The translations under genes and the position numbers were made by a program. A stretch of DNA of 52,924 bases from a virus (taxonomy: Duplodnaviria; Caudoviricetes), in the IMG/VR virus record IMGVR_UViG_3300037515_000482, positions 1 to 52,924 of that record; one strand, written 5' to 3'. Shown in pieces: positions 1 to 9,521 of the stretch (position 1 is the first letter of the stretch; each line of letters opens with the position of its first letter). A model generated the notes under the pieces. The model saw nothing but the letters and a program-made list of their open reading frames with translations. It made no database searches and was not told the origin of the DNA.

Positions 1-20
1 AGGGCATCATCGAGCGGGGC

Positions 21-737
21 ATGACCACCTTCGTGGAGGTCGGCGCCGCGCTCGCCCTCATCCGCGAGCGGCAGTTGTACCGCACCAGCCACGACACATT
101 CGAGGCATACTGCCGAGAGCGTTGGGGATGGAACGACCGCCGCGCCCGCCAGTTGATCGACGCCCATGAGGTGGTGGCCTCGCTGGCCGAAACCGGTACC
201 ATGGTACCGAAAAACGAGCGCCAGGCCCGCGCCCTCAAGGACGTGCCCCCCGAGCACCGCGCCACCGTCCTGACCGAGGCCCGGGAGCAGGCCGCGTCCG
301 AGGCCAAGCCGGTCACCGCCGAGCGCATCCGGGAGACGGCGCACAAGTACGTGCCGATCAGCCAGCGGAAGCAGAAGGCAACCACGAAGCCGAAGCCCAG
401 AGAAGAGCGGAGCGGAGCAGATGAGAGGGTGGAGTCCGTGGTCACGGCTCCCGAAATCGCGGAAGTCCCCCCCGTGGACGAGCAGGACGTACCGACCGCA
501 GAGGCAGACGCGGAGGACGGCCCGAGAGTCCAGCCCCCTGCATCTGATTCGCCCGCTGACGTCGTGCTCATGGTGGTGCGCTCCTTCGCCCTGCCCGCCG
601 TGCCGTACACCCGGGAAGACGTGGCCGTCGCGGCCCTCGCGCTGACGCAGGAGGACGTCGCACGCGTCCGGGAGATAAACGGCCTGTCCGGCGCGCTCAT
701 GATCGAATACGCCCGGAGGAATACCCATGTCGCATAG
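21..737 (+). CDS. Phage DNA-binding protein, 3' part; the true start is at 52850 across the circular junction
   Basis: IERG-TFVEVG-AL--IR---LYR----TFEAYCRERWG motif common in phage early proteins; frame is open back to position 1 and continues from ATG 52850. Confidence 0.7.
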   Translation: MTTFVEVGAALALIRERQLYRTSHDTFEAYCRERWGWNDRRARQLIDAHEVVASLAETGTMVPKNERQARALKDVPPEHRATVLTEAREQAASEAKPVTAERIRETAHKYVPISQRKQKATTKPKPREERSGADERVESVVTAPEIAEVPPVDEQDVPTAEADAEDGPRVQPPASDSPADVVLMVVRSFALPAVPYTREDVAVAALALTQEDVARVREINGLSGALMIEYARRNTHVA

Positions 738-1001
738 CCCTCATGAGCAGTTTGCCCGCGCCAAGAAAGTGACCCGTCTCGCGGACTGCCTCTGGCTCGG
801 CATGACCGACGCCGAGCGACGCGACCCGGCCCTGCCCGACCGGCTCCGGGCGATGAACGCGGCCTGGCGGGACAGTATCGCCAGTCATGCCGGGGTGAAG
901 ACCCCGAGCCCTGTGACGTGGTCGGCTCTGTGCGACCGGATGGCCACCCTGATCGAGGCCGAGCGGTGCCGGGCGGAACGGGGGACCCATGTCGCATAGC
1001 C
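723..1001 (+). repeat. 17-bp direct repeat ACCCATGTCGCATAGCC at two consecutive gene junctions (723-739, 985-1001)
   Basis: Identical sequence read directly; both upstream ORFs end THVA* and both downstream ORFs begin MSHS. Confidence 0.9.
727..999 (+). CDS. Hypothetical protein
   Basis: Overlaps the upstream stop; RBS GGAGG precedes it. Confidence 0.65.
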   Translation: MSHSPHEQFARAKKVTRLADCLWLGMTDAERRDPALPDRLRAMNAAWRDSIASHAGVKTPSPVTWSALCDRMATLIEAERCRAERGTHVA

Positions 1002-1291
1002 TGGTGGCCCCCTCGCAGAAGTTGGTGGTCTTCCGCACCCTCGACGGCCAGACGGTCGTGGGCGTGGCGGACACCCACTACTGCCGGGGGTGCGACGGGG
1101 ACGGTTCGAAGCGCGGTCGTCCCTGCGGTTCCTGCGCCGGATCCGGGCGCCTGCTGGGCGCCGACCCTTTCGTGTGGCCCGTGCCGGTGGTGCCGGTGGA
1201 AGACAGCAGGGGAGGTGCCGCGTCGGGAACAGCCGGCAGCAGCAGACCGACGTTCGCCAACGACCGGCGCGTCGCCTCCCCGGCAGTCTGA
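989..1291 (+). CDS. Small protein with DnaJ-type zinc-finger motifs
   Basis: CRGCDGDG...CGSCAGSG (CxxCxGxG twice). Confidence 0.6.
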   Translation: MSHSLVAPSQKLVVFRTLDGQTVVGVADTHYCRGCDGDGSKRGRPCGSCAGSGRLLGADPFVWPVPVVPVEDSRGGAASGTAGSSRPTFANDRRVASPAV

Positions 1292-1398
1292 CGATGATGA
1301 GCGAGATGTGTCGCATGCAGGACCCTGTACCGGGGAGCCAACGGAGGCCAGCAAGGATCCGCCCGGAGTTTGCGCCACCCAGATCGGAGACCAACGCC

Positions 1399-1884
1399 AT
1401 GGAGACCCTGAGAGCACGTCGACGCAGGATCGAATGCCACGCCTCACGCTTGTCCCACGAGGCCATCCGTCACGCCGGGACGCTTCGGGCCGTCGGCGCC
1501 GCACTGGGCAAGGCGGAGTCCACCATCGGCCACGAGGTGACCGACCGCCACAACCGGGCCGTGCTGGACGTCTGCGTCCGACTCATCGCCGGATCGGCCA
1601 CCGACCCCCTGGCGCTCCTGCAAGCGATGGAGGACGCCTATGAACTGTCCGACCTCGTGGCCAAGGACACCGACCGCCTGATCGCTGAGGGGATCGACGC
1701 CATGTCCGAGGAATCCAGACTCGACGGTGCCGAGGACGACGCGGGGATCATCGGCGGGACCGTCCACGCTGACGCCATCGACCGCTACCGGCTGGTCGCC
1801 CGGCGGGCATCGCTTCGCATCCGCGAGCTGGCGGAGCGTGGCGTGGACATCCACGGGCTGTACCGGCAGCGGAGGACGGCATGA
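1399..1884 (+). CDS. Putative CII-like regulatory protein
   Basis: RBS GGAGA; HTH-like LRAVGAALGKAESTI; early position after cro. Confidence 0.5.
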   Translation: METLRARRRRIECHASRLSHEAIRHAGTLRAVGAALGKAESTIGHEVTDRHNRAVLDVCVRLIAGSATDPLALLQAMEDAYELSDLVAKDTDRLIAEGIDAMSEESRLDGAEDDAGIIGGTVHADAIDRYRLVARRASLRIRELAERGVDIHGLYRQRRTA

Positions 1885-2081
1885 GACGCTGGGACTGGAC
1901 GGACGACTTCGGGTTAACCGACTCCTACTCAGACGGGATGTCCGGGTGGGTCGATGTCACGGACGCCACGAACGGCCACCAGGAGCGCGCCCGGTGGTCC
2001 GTGACCGACGCCATCGGGTCGCAACACGCGGCGTTCGAAGAAGCATCGAGCCGCCTTCTCGCGCGCCGGGTGACGCCATGA
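1881..2081 (+). CDS. Hypothetical protein
   Basis: ATGA overlap coupling on both sides. Confidence 0.55.
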   Translation: MRRWDWTDDFGLTDSYSDGMSGWVDVTDATNGHQERARWSVTDAIGSQHAAFEEASSRLLARRVTP

Positions 2082-2196
2082 AGGCCCTCCGCTGGATCGG
2101 CAAGGCCGGCGAGATCACCGAGGTCCCGGCCCAGATCGTTGTCTTCGCCACCGGCCACTACCGGCCCGGTATCGGATGGACAGTGAGGGTGTCCAC

Positions 2197-2898
2197 GTGA
2201 GCCACGCCTTCTTGAATGGCGTAACCGCTTCAACTGCGGCCGACTTCATTGTGACACGTTACAGAAAGCACTACAGCATCGAAGAACTGGCCCGCATGAC
2301 CGGTAGGTCGAGAACCTATGTGCGGCGGAGGATCGTCGACGCCGGGATTGCTGTTCGCCTGGCCACACCGACCCGGCGTGTGTCTGTCGATTCTGGGGGC
2401 TACGCCCGCTGGGGGAGCACGAGAGTTCACCGTATCGTCGCGGATGCGTGGTACGGCCCGCCCCCGACCTCACAGCACCACGTGAACCACAAGGACGGGG
2501 ACAAGCTCAACAACCACCCGGACAACCTGGAGTGGGTCACGCCCACGGAGAACTACGTCCACGCCATGCGTCTCGGCCTCGTCAGGTCCCGTTTCTCTAA
2601 TGACCAAGTCAGGGCGATTCGGTATCTGCGCGCGCGCCGCGTCCGGCTGATCGACGTATCCGCTGCCGTTGGGATTCCCGACAGCGGCATTATCAGCAGA
2701 ATCGCCAACCGCGTCTCCTACGCTCACGTGCCCGACGGGGAAGTCCTGGCGTCCGCGTGCTCGTGGTGTGACGCCCCCGCGTCGTTTCTCGACGGACTCT
2801 TGATCGAGAACGGGGCCCGCCTGTCGCACGGCATTTGCAGGTCATGCTCCGAGCGGATGATGGCCGAGATCGAGTCGCACGGGAACGGGACCGCCTGA
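2197..2898 (+). CDS. HNH endonuclease with HTH and zinc-ribbon extensions
   Basis: VHRIVA...VNHKDGDKLNNHPDNLEWVT; C-terminal CSWC...HGICRSC. Confidence 0.85.
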   Translation: MSHAFLNGVTASTAADFIVTRYRKHYSIEELARMTGRSRTYVRRRIVDAGIAVRLATPTRRVSVDSGGYARWGSTRVHRIVADAWYGPPPTSQHHVNHKDGDKLNNHPDNLEWVTPTENYVHAMRLGLVRSRFSNDQVRAIRYLRARRVRLIDVSAAVGIPDSGIISRIANRVSYAHVPDGEVLASACSWCDAPASFLDGLLIENGARLSHGICRSCSERMMAEIESHGNGTA

Positions 2899-2907
2899 CA
2901 AACGAAA

Positions 2908-2943
2908 GGCGCCGACGCGGGAGCCATCCGCAACGTCGGCGCC
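2908..2943. terminator. Intergenic stem-loop (possible terminator or processing site)
   Basis: GGCGCCGACG...CGTCGGCGCC perfect 10-bp inverted repeat; no clear U-tract on + strand. Confidence 0.4.
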
Positions 2944-3009
2944 AGATCGAAAACCAACGAGGAGAAGATACCATCATGGACGAGACGAGAGCAACGACGG
3001 CGCCGGAGC

Positions 3010-3999
3010 ATGAGTAACATCCTGACGGTCTCCCGCCTGCGGACGTGGCGCGACTGCCGCCGAAAGCACCACCTGATGTACGTGGAGGGCTGGCGTCCAG
3101 CCTCCACGCCGGAAGCCATGCGGTTCGGGTCCCTGAGCCACACCGGCCTTGAGGCGTGGTGGAAGGACGACGGCACGGGGCGCCTGGTGGCCGCGATCGA
3201 AGCGGTGGCCGGCCGCGGGTACGACGATTACGAGCAGGTCGCCGCAGAGGAGCTCCTGGCCGGCTACGATAACCGGTGGGGCGCGGACGACCGGTACGAC
3301 GTCATCGCCGTGGAGGCGACCTTCTTCGCGCCGATGCTCAACCCGGACACCGGTGCGCCCTCAAGGACCTGGGTGCTGTCGGGCAAGCTCGACGGTGTGG
3401 TCCGCGACCGGACGACCGGCGCGATCCTCATCCTTGAGCACAAGACGACCACCGAGAACATTGCCGACGACGCCGAGGGTTATTGGACGAAACTCGGCAT
3501 GGACTCCCAGGTCTCCCACTACTACGTCGGCGCCGAAAGCCTCGGTTACGCGGCGGAGGGGTGCCTGTACGACGTGCTCCTGCGGCCTCGGCTGCGGCCC
3601 CTCAAGGCCACGCCCGAAGAGGCCAGGAAGTACACGAAGGACGGGCGCCTCTACGCCAACCAGCGCGACGCCGACGAGACCCCAGAGGAGTATCGGGCCC
3701 GGGTCCGTGCCGACATCACCGAGAACCCGGACAAGTACTTCCAGCGCCGTGAAATCGGTCGCACCCAGCGCGATATCGTGGAGTACCTCGGCGACGTGTG
3801 GGCCGAGGGCCGCATGATGCGCGAGGCCGAGTTGGCCGAGCGGGCGCCCCGGAACCCTGAGAGCTGTCACCGCTTCGGCCGGTGTGCGTTTTGGGATGCC
3901 TGCGCCTACGGCCTCAACCCAGCCGACCATCCCGACGCGTTCGTCCGCCTGGACGACGTCCACCCCGAACTCGATCTCCAAACGAGGGAGAATCTCTGA
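3010..3999 (+). CDS. PD-(D/E)XK exonuclease (RecB/Cas4-like recombination nuclease)
   Basis: N-terminal DCRRK, GKLDGVV...ILEHKTT, QVSHY, C-terminal C..FGRCAFWDAC; adjacent to a Sak4-like ATPase. Confidence 0.85.
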   Translation: MSNILTVSRLRTWRDCRRKHHLMYVEGWRPASTPEAMRFGSLSHTGLEAWWKDDGTGRLVAAIEAVAGRGYDDYEQVAAEELLAGYDNRWGADDRYDVIAVEATFFAPMLNPDTGAPSRTWVLSGKLDGVVRDRTTGAILILEHKTTTENIADDAEGYWTKLGMDSQVSHYYVGAESLGYAAEGCLYDVLLRPRLRPLKATPEEARKYTKDGRLYANQRDADETPEEYRARVRADITENPDKYFQRREIGRTQRDIVEYLGDVWAEGRMMREAELAERAPRNPESCHRFGRCAFWDACAYGLNPADHPDAFVRLDDVHPELDLQTRENL

Positions 4000-4982
4000 T
4001 GGCCACGACCGCGACACGCACTAATAGCACGGGAACCCCCGCGCCGTCCCGCATGACCCTGGCGTCGATCAAGAAAGACATCGGCCCCAGGCCCGACCGG
4101 ATCCTCTTGGTCGGCACCGAGGGTGTGGGCAAGACCACGTTCGCCGCCGACGCCCCCAACCCCATCTTCATCTGTGCCGAGGACGGACTCCCGCCCGTCC
4201 TGGGCTCGGTCCCCCGGTTCCCCGAGCCCACCGGATTGTCGGACGTCCTGGAGGCCGTCCGCGTACTCATCCGCGAGGAGCACGGCTACGGCACCCTCGT
4301 GATCGACACGCTGGACTGGCTGGAGCCGCTGATCTGGCACGAGCTCTGCACCCGCAACGGGTGGCTCGACGCTCATGGCACGCCGGACATTGAGAAGCCT
4401 GGGTACGGCAAGGGATACGTCGCCGCCACCGAGGACTGGCGCAAGCTCCTGTCTGCCCTGGACATCTTGCGTGAGCGCAAAAGCATGGAGGTCATCCTCC
4501 TTGCCCACGCGGCGATCAAGATGTTCCAAAACCCTGCCGGCAACGATTACTCGCGCTACGAGTCGAAGCTCCACAAGGGTGCCGCCGCCCTGGTCCGTGA
4601 GTGGACCGACGTCAACCTCTTTGCGGTGCATGAAGAATTCGTGCGCGAGGTGAAGGGGAAGGCCAAGGGCGTGAGCACTGGCCGGCGGGTCATCCACACC
4701 GAGCGGACCGCGGCGTGGGACGCCAAGAACCGGTACGCGCTGCCCTCCGAGCTGCCACTCAACTACGCCGACTACGCCGCCGCCCGGGCGGCATGCACCC
4801 CCGCGGATCCCGCCGCACTGCGCCATGAGGCGGAATCGCTCCTCGCCGAGCTCACCCTGAGCGCCGAGGACATCACCCAGACCCAGCGGGTCATCGAAGC
4901 CGCTGCCATGAGGGGCGGCGCCCACATGGCGCGAGTGGTGGACCGGCTCCGCTCCAAGATCACAGAACAGGAGAACAACTGA
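3999..4982 (+). CDS. Sak4-like (AAA_24) recombination ATPase
   Basis: Walker A GTEGVGKTT, LVIDTLDWLE, GYGKGY, AKNRY. Confidence 0.85.
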   Translation: MATTATRTNSTGTPAPSRMTLASIKKDIGPRPDRILLVGTEGVGKTTFAADAPNPIFICAEDGLPPVLGSVPRFPEPTGLSDVLEAVRVLIREEHGYGTLVIDTLDWLEPLIWHELCTRNGWLDAHGTPDIEKPGYGKGYVAATEDWRKLLSALDILRERKSMEVILLAHAAIKMFQNPAGNDYSRYESKLHKGAAALVREWTDVNLFAVHEEFVREVKGKAKGVSTGRRVIHTERTAAWDAKNRYALPSELPLNYADYAAARAACTPADPAALRHEAESLLAELTLSAEDITQTQRVIEAAAMRGGAHMARVVDRLRSKITEQENN

Positions 4983-5470
4983 TGCCCGTCGTCGGAATCG
5001 GCCGCCACGCGGTCAAGGTCGTGTCCCATGCCCTCGGGCGTTCCTCCACCGGCACCCCGCACGTCGCGGTGCTGTTCGAGGACGTCCAGGGAGACCGCAT
5101 CACCTGGTACGGCTACCTGAGCGACGCCGCGATAGAGCGGACGATCAAGTCGCTCCAATTGCTCGGGTGGGACGCTGTCGCGAGCAACGGCATGGTGGAC
5201 ACCCTCAACGGCACGGGCCTCTTGGTCGGCAACGAGGCCGAAATCGTGGTGGACACCGAGGTCTACAATGGCGAGGTCCGCCACAAGGTGAAGTGGGTCA
5301 ACGAGCCGGGTGGCGGTATGGTCGAAGCGATGCCCCAGGACGACGCCAGCTCGTTCGCGGCGACGCTCAGGGCGAAGGTGCTCTCCGCGCCCCGCCCGAA
5401 GCCGAACAGCCAGCCTGGACCGGCGAAGGCCGTGGCTGTGGCCCCCGACGACGATGGGCTTCCGTTCTAG
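4982..5470 (+). CDS. Single-stranded DNA-binding protein (DUF669-like)
   Basis: Follows Sak4; acidic SSB-type tail DDDGLPF. Confidence 0.75.
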   Translation: MPVVGIGRHAVKVVSHALGRSSTGTPHVAVLFEDVQGDRITWYGYLSDAAIERTIKSLQLLGWDAVASNGMVDTLNGTGLLVGNEAEIVVDTEVYNGEVRHKVKWVNEPGGGMVEAMPQDDASSFAATLRAKVLSAPRPKPNSQPGPAKAVAVAPDDDGLPF

Positions 5471-5471
5471 C

Positions 5472-5777
5472 ATGATGGCCCACGTCCAAGGCACCAGCGA
5501 CCTCGCCTACCCCGAGCAGGACGCCGACAAGCTCCGTCGCCAGGTAGTAACGGACGCCCTCGGTCGCGTGAAGAAGGCGTTCGTCCGCTACCGGCTGGCC
5601 ATCGACCAGTACCACGCGGCCAAACGCGCTCCAGAGATCCACGGCAAGCCCGACCACCGCGCCGTGACCAAGGCGGTGTCCGCGTTCAGCCGGGCCCTTA
5701 TCGACGCTGAGGGCATCATGTTCGAGGCGCTCCGGGAGGCACGGGTGCCGGTGATCCACGACAGGAGCGAGCCATGA
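5472..5777 (+). CDS. Hypothetical protein
   Basis: Fills the gap between coupled genes. Confidence 0.55.
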   Translation: MMAHVQGTSDLAYPEQDADKLRRQVVTDALGRVKKAFVRYRLAIDQYHAAKRAPEIHGKPDHRAVTKAVSAFSRALIDAEGIMFEALREARVPVIHDRSEP

Positions 5778-6535
5778 GCTACGATATCGTACACCGCTAT
5801 ACGCGGGCCGTGCTGTACCACGCGGTAGACGCAAGCGATCTGCGTGCCGCCGTGCTCGCCGCGACTGCTTCGCGGGCCAACCTCACGCGGGCCAACCTCA
5901 CGGGGGCCAACCTCACGCGGGCCAACCTCACGGGGGCCAACCTCGCGGGGGCCAACCTCACGGGGGCCAACCTCGCGGGGGCCAACCTCACGCGGGCCAA
6001 CCTCACGTGGGCCAACCTCACGGGGGCCAACCTCACGCGGGCCAACCTCACGGGGGCCAACCTCACGGGGGCCAACCTCACGGGGGCCAACCTCACGGGG
6101 GCCAACCTCACGCGGGCCAACCTCGCGAGGGCCAACCTCGCGGGGGCCCGTGGCGTGGACGCCGTGCGCTGCACGCCGCTGCTCATGCTCCTCGACCAGC
6201 CCGGCCTGATCCGCGCCTACAAACTGGTGGACGCCGATGGGCGATCCCCTATCCAGAGCACGGGCAAGATCACATACACGGTGGGCGAGCGGTATGAGGT
6301 GACAGACGCGAACACGGACGTGCTGACGCAATGCGGCGCCGGGATCAACGTGGCGACGCTCGACTGGTGCCTGCGGGAGTACCAGCCCGGATGGCGCGTA
6401 CTGATCGTGGAGTTCACCGCAGCAGACATCGCCGCGATCCCGACCGCGACCGACGGAAAATTTCGCCTGCACCGCTGCACGGTCGTGGGTGAGCGGGACA
6501 TCAGCGACTATCTCCCGGTGGGGCGCCCCCGATGA
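5774..6535 (+). CDS. Pentapeptide repeat protein with conserved phage C-terminal domain
   Basis: 18 x ANL(T/A)(R/G/W); C-terminal AYKLV...CGAGINVA...DGKFRL. Confidence 0.9.
   Translation: MSYDIVHRYTRAVLYHAVDASDLRAAVLAATASRANLTRANLTGANLTRANLTGANLAGANLTGANLAGANLTRANLTWANLTGANLTRANLTGANLTGANLTGANLTGANLTRANLARANLAGARGVDAVRCTPLLMLLDQPGLIRAYKLVDADGRSPIQSTGKITYTVGERYEVTDANTDVLTQCGAGINVATLDWCLREYQPGWRVLIVEFTAADIAAIPTATDGKFRLHRCTVVGERDISDYLPVGRPR
5876..6145 (+). repeat. 15-bp tandem repeat, 18 units, consensus GCCAACCTCACG(C/G)GG
   Basis: Counted directly; encodes the pentapeptide array. Confidence 0.95.
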
Positions 6536-6795
6536 CAGAGCAGCTCTGCCCCCACTGTGGCCGGCCCCAGGCCGAGTGCTACGAGAGGGTCGACGAGCGC
6601 TTCCCGGCGCGTGCCGTCGAGGCGTACAAGGATGCCGGCTACGAGTTCGCCGCCACGTGCCCCCAGGGCCAGGCGCACGACGTCCGGCATACCCGGGGCT
6701 GGTGCTGGGACAGAGCGCGCTTCGACAAGTACTGGAAGGGCGTGCCGATGACGCCCGAGGAACGGCGGGGGTTCAAGCCGGTGGAGGCGCTGTGA
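6532..6795 (+). CDS. Hypothetical Cys-rich protein
   Basis: CPHC motif; coupled overlaps. Confidence 0.55.
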   Translation: MTEQLCPHCGRPQAECYERVDERFPARAVEAYKDAGYEFAATCPQGQAHDVRHTRGWCWDRARFDKYWKGVPMTPEERRGFKPVEAL

Positions 6796-7571
6796 TAAAC
6801 CTCGACCGCCCCCTGGCGTGGCTGGACGCAGAAACGACCGGCGTAAGCCCCAACTCCGACCGCATCGTGGAGCTGGCGGTGGGCGTCCAGTACCCGGGCT
6901 CCGCCGACATCGAGTGGAAGTCGCGCCGCATCAACCCAGGGATGCCGATCCCAGCGAAAGCCACGGCCGTTCACGGCATCACCGACCAGGACGTGGCCGA
7001 CTGCCCACCCTTCGCGGACGTGGCTCGCTCGCTCTTCGCGCTCCTCGACCCCTGCGACCTCGCCGGGTTCGGGATCCGCCGCTTCGACGTGCCGCTCCTG
7101 GTGGCTGAGTTCCAACGTGCCGGGCTCCGGTTCGACGTCCGGGGCCGGTGTCTCATCGACATGCTGTCGATCTTCCATCACCAGGAGCCGCGCGACCTCG
7201 CCGGCGCCGTCCGGTTCTACCTGGGCCGCGAGCACGAGGCGGCCCACACCGCCGGATCCGACGTGGCCGTCTGCCCGGGGATCCTCGACGCCCAAGTCGC
7301 GCGCTACGGGCTTCCCGCGGACGTGACGGGCCTTGAGGCGTACCTCGCCGAGCACTCGCCCTACGAAGGTGGCCTTGAGGGCTGGTTCGAGATCCACGAC
7401 CCGGAGAAGCCGGTGGACTGGACGTTCCGCCGCGGCAAGCACCAGGGCCTGACGCTCGGGTGGGTCGCGGCCAACGAGTCCGGATACATCTGGTGGCTGC
7501 TCAACAAGGCGACCGACATCCCGTTCGAGGTCCTCGACGCGGTGCGCCCGTTCTCCCGGGGGCGGTCATGA
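6792..7571 (+). CDS. DEDDh 3'-5' exonuclease (DnaQ/epsilon-like)
   Basis: LDAETTG, VHGITD, FDVPLL, AHTAGSDV; C-terminal GKHQG motif. Confidence 0.9.
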   Translation: MINLDRPLAWLDAETTGVSPNSDRIVELAVGVQYPGSADIEWKSRRINPGMPIPAKATAVHGITDQDVADCPPFADVARSLFALLDPCDLAGFGIRRFDVPLLVAEFQRAGLRFDVRGRCLIDMLSIFHHQEPRDLAGAVRFYLGREHEAAHTAGSDVAVCPGILDAQVARYGLPADVTGLEAYLAEHSPYEGGLEGWFEIHDPEKPVDWTFRRGKHQGLTLGWVAANESGYIWWLLNKATDIPFEVLDAVRPFSRGRS

Positions 7572-7999
7572 GTATGGTCGCGCCGATCACCGACCTGCCG
7601 CTGTTCGCTACGCCCGAGCCCGCGCCTCGCCGCTTCGGTGAGGCCGACCCGCCCGCGTGGACCGAGGATCAGCTCGCGGTGCATGCGGAGCTGCGGCGCC
7701 ACGAAGGGGCGGACAGGGCCATCAGGGCGGACGACCTCGCCACCGCGGTGGGAATGGACTCGACCCGACGCCTCCAGCGGATCATCCACCAACTGATCTA
7801 CGTCCACGGTATCGCGGTCGGGTCCTCGATGCGGGAGCCCTACGGCTACTACCTGGCCGTGACGTGCACGGAGCGGCGCGAGGTCGGCGAGTCCCTCATC
7901 CGCCGCGGGTTCGCGATCGTCGAAACTGGTCGGAGAGTGGGGGACATCGACGAGGCGGAAGTCGTCGCGCGGCTCCAGACGGAGATGGGGGGCGCATGA
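7568..7999 (+). CDS. Winged-HTH DNA-binding protein
   Basis: AIRADDLA...RRLQRIIHQL..HGIAVGS...GYYLA pattern. Confidence 0.6.
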   Translation: MSMVAPITDLPLFATPEPAPRRFGEADPPAWTEDQLAVHAELRRHEGADRAIRADDLATAVGMDSTRRLQRIIHQLIYVHGIAVGSSMREPYGYYLAVTCTERREVGESLIRRGFAIVETGRRVGDIDEAEVVARLQTEMGGA

Positions 8000-8270
8000 A
8001 CGCCCACCGCCAGAATCGCCGGAGCGAGGGATCGAGTCTCTCAGACACGAGAGGCGGGAACCGTTCAGGGGTGGACGCGCCGGATCTTCCGGCACCCTCG
8101 CTCCGGCTTTTGCACATCCCGGCCCGGCGGGGAAACCGGGACACTCACCCCAACCCAAGGAGGACGGGATGAAGCGCTTCTTCGGCTTAGGAGGGACCAT
8201 GACGTTAGGACGGAAGGAACCGACACCGGCACCGCAGTCGCCCCACGCCAGTGGAACCACGAAGAGGTAC

Positions 8271-8555
8271 ATGAAACTGCTGGGCCATCGCGTGAAGGAT
8301 ACGGTGACGGGCCTGGAAGGAGTCGTCACGTCGATCACGTTCGACCTGTACGGGTGTGTGCAGGCCATCGTGCATCCTGGCCTCGACAAGGACGGCAAGC
8401 CGCGCGAGACACTGTGGTTCGACGTGGCGCGTCTCGCCAGAATCTCGACGCATCCCGTCATGGATCCGCCTGACTTCTGGGGCGTGACCAGGGAGCAGGC
8501 GATCACCGATGGCGTGAAGGGGGCTGCGGACAGGCCGCCGGAAATGAAGACGTGA
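8271..8555 (+). CDS. Conserved phage hypothetical protein (start may be 8169)
   Basis: LG-RVKDTVTGLEGVVT----LYGC-Q----P...WFD--RL motif. Confidence 0.65.
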   Translation: MKLLGHRVKDTVTGLEGVVTSITFDLYGCVQAIVHPGLDKDGKPRETLWFDVARLARISTHPVMDPPDFWGVTREQAITDGVKGAADRPPEMKT

Positions 8556-8568
8556 ACGGCGACCTCCG

Positions 8569-9162
8569 ATGAAGACCCGCGTCCTCCTGGCCATGCTGGC
8601 CGTCGTGATCATCGCCGGGCACCGGCGCCCCCCGGTCACGGCCGTCGAGCCATCCGACGCCCAGCTGCTCTCCCGCCTCGACCTCCTGGAGCGCCAAGCC
8701 GCGATCCTCTCCCAGAGCATGGACGAGGTGACTACGAAGTACTACCGCGACGTCCGACCGATCGAGACCGCCCTCCTGCGGCGCGCCTCTCGGCCGGACC
8801 TCGCGAAGGCCGCCGCCTGGGCCGTGGTGAGAGAGGCCGAGTCCCGCCACCTCTCGCCCGCGCTCGTGGCCGCCGTCCTCCAGGTGGAGAACCCTTGGCT
8901 AGCGCCCGACACCGTCAGCTACGCCGGCGCCGTGGGGCTCATGCAGGTCATGCCCTTCCACGTGAGCGACAACCACCCGTGCGGCGTCGATCTGACGGAC
9001 GGCGACACAAACGTCTGCTACGGGGCCGACATCCTACGGAGCTATCTGGGCCGGGCACTCGACGACGCTCTGCGGGTCGCGCTCTTGCGGTATAACGGGT
9101 GCGTCCGCACCCCCGGCTGCGAACGCTACGCCGCCCACGTGACCGCGAGGCTCGACCGATGA
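8569..9162 (+). CDS. Lytic transglycosylase (SLT domain) with N-terminal signal/TM segment
   Basis: LVAAVLQVE, SYAGAVGLMQVMP, ALLRYNG. Confidence 0.85.
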   Translation: MKTRVLLAMLAVVIIAGHRRPPVTAVEPSDAQLLSRLDLLERQAAILSQSMDEVTTKYYRDVRPIETALLRRASRPDLAKAAAWAVVREAESRHLSPALVAAVLQVENPWLAPDTVSYAGAVGLMQVMPFHVSDNHPCGVDLTDGDTNVCYGADILRSYLGRALDDALRVALLRYNGCVRTPGCERYAAHVTARLDR

Positions 9163-9306
9163 GGCGAGCCCTGGCATGGATCATCCTGACGGCAGGTATC
9201 GCGGCACTCTACCACGGCTTCGTAGGCGTCTCATGCGCCTGCATCATCGCGTGGCTCGTCCTGTTGGGCCAAGGCCGCCCCTCAACCACGGAGCAATGAG
9301 AAGACC

Positions 9307-9516
9307 ATGAACCCCATCGACCTCGTTGCGGGATTCCTCTTCGGCCTGGCGGCTGGCGCGCTCCTCCGGGGCGGGCTGAACAACGCCCTCAACCGCGCGG
9401 CCGTAGCACTGTCTCCCGACAGCGAAGGCGAGGAGCTCGCCGAATGGGGCGGGGCCTATCCCCGCGTCGACACCACCGCGGCCGACGAAGCCGCACCCAC
9501 CCCCTCCAGGAGGTAA
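9307..9516 (+). CDS. Small membrane protein
   Basis: Hydrophobic N-terminus; RBS GAGAAG. Confidence 0.5.
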   Translation: MNPIDLVAGFLFGLAAGALLRGGLNNALNRAAVALSPDSEGEELAEWGGAYPRVDTTAADEAAPTPSRR

Positions 9517-9521
9517 CACCC

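Noticed and set aside
3010-3999. Cas4-like nuclease as part of a CRISPR system
   Set aside because: No array or other cas genes; it sits in a standard nuclease-Sak4-SSB recombination module
5876-6145. Repeat array as CRISPR
   Set aside because: Tandem 15-mers without spacers, in frame inside a CDS
8000-8170. Possible structured ncRNA in a hairpin-rich gap
   Set aside because: Short GC stems are expected by chance, and a short ORF spans it; would need an Infernal or covariation test
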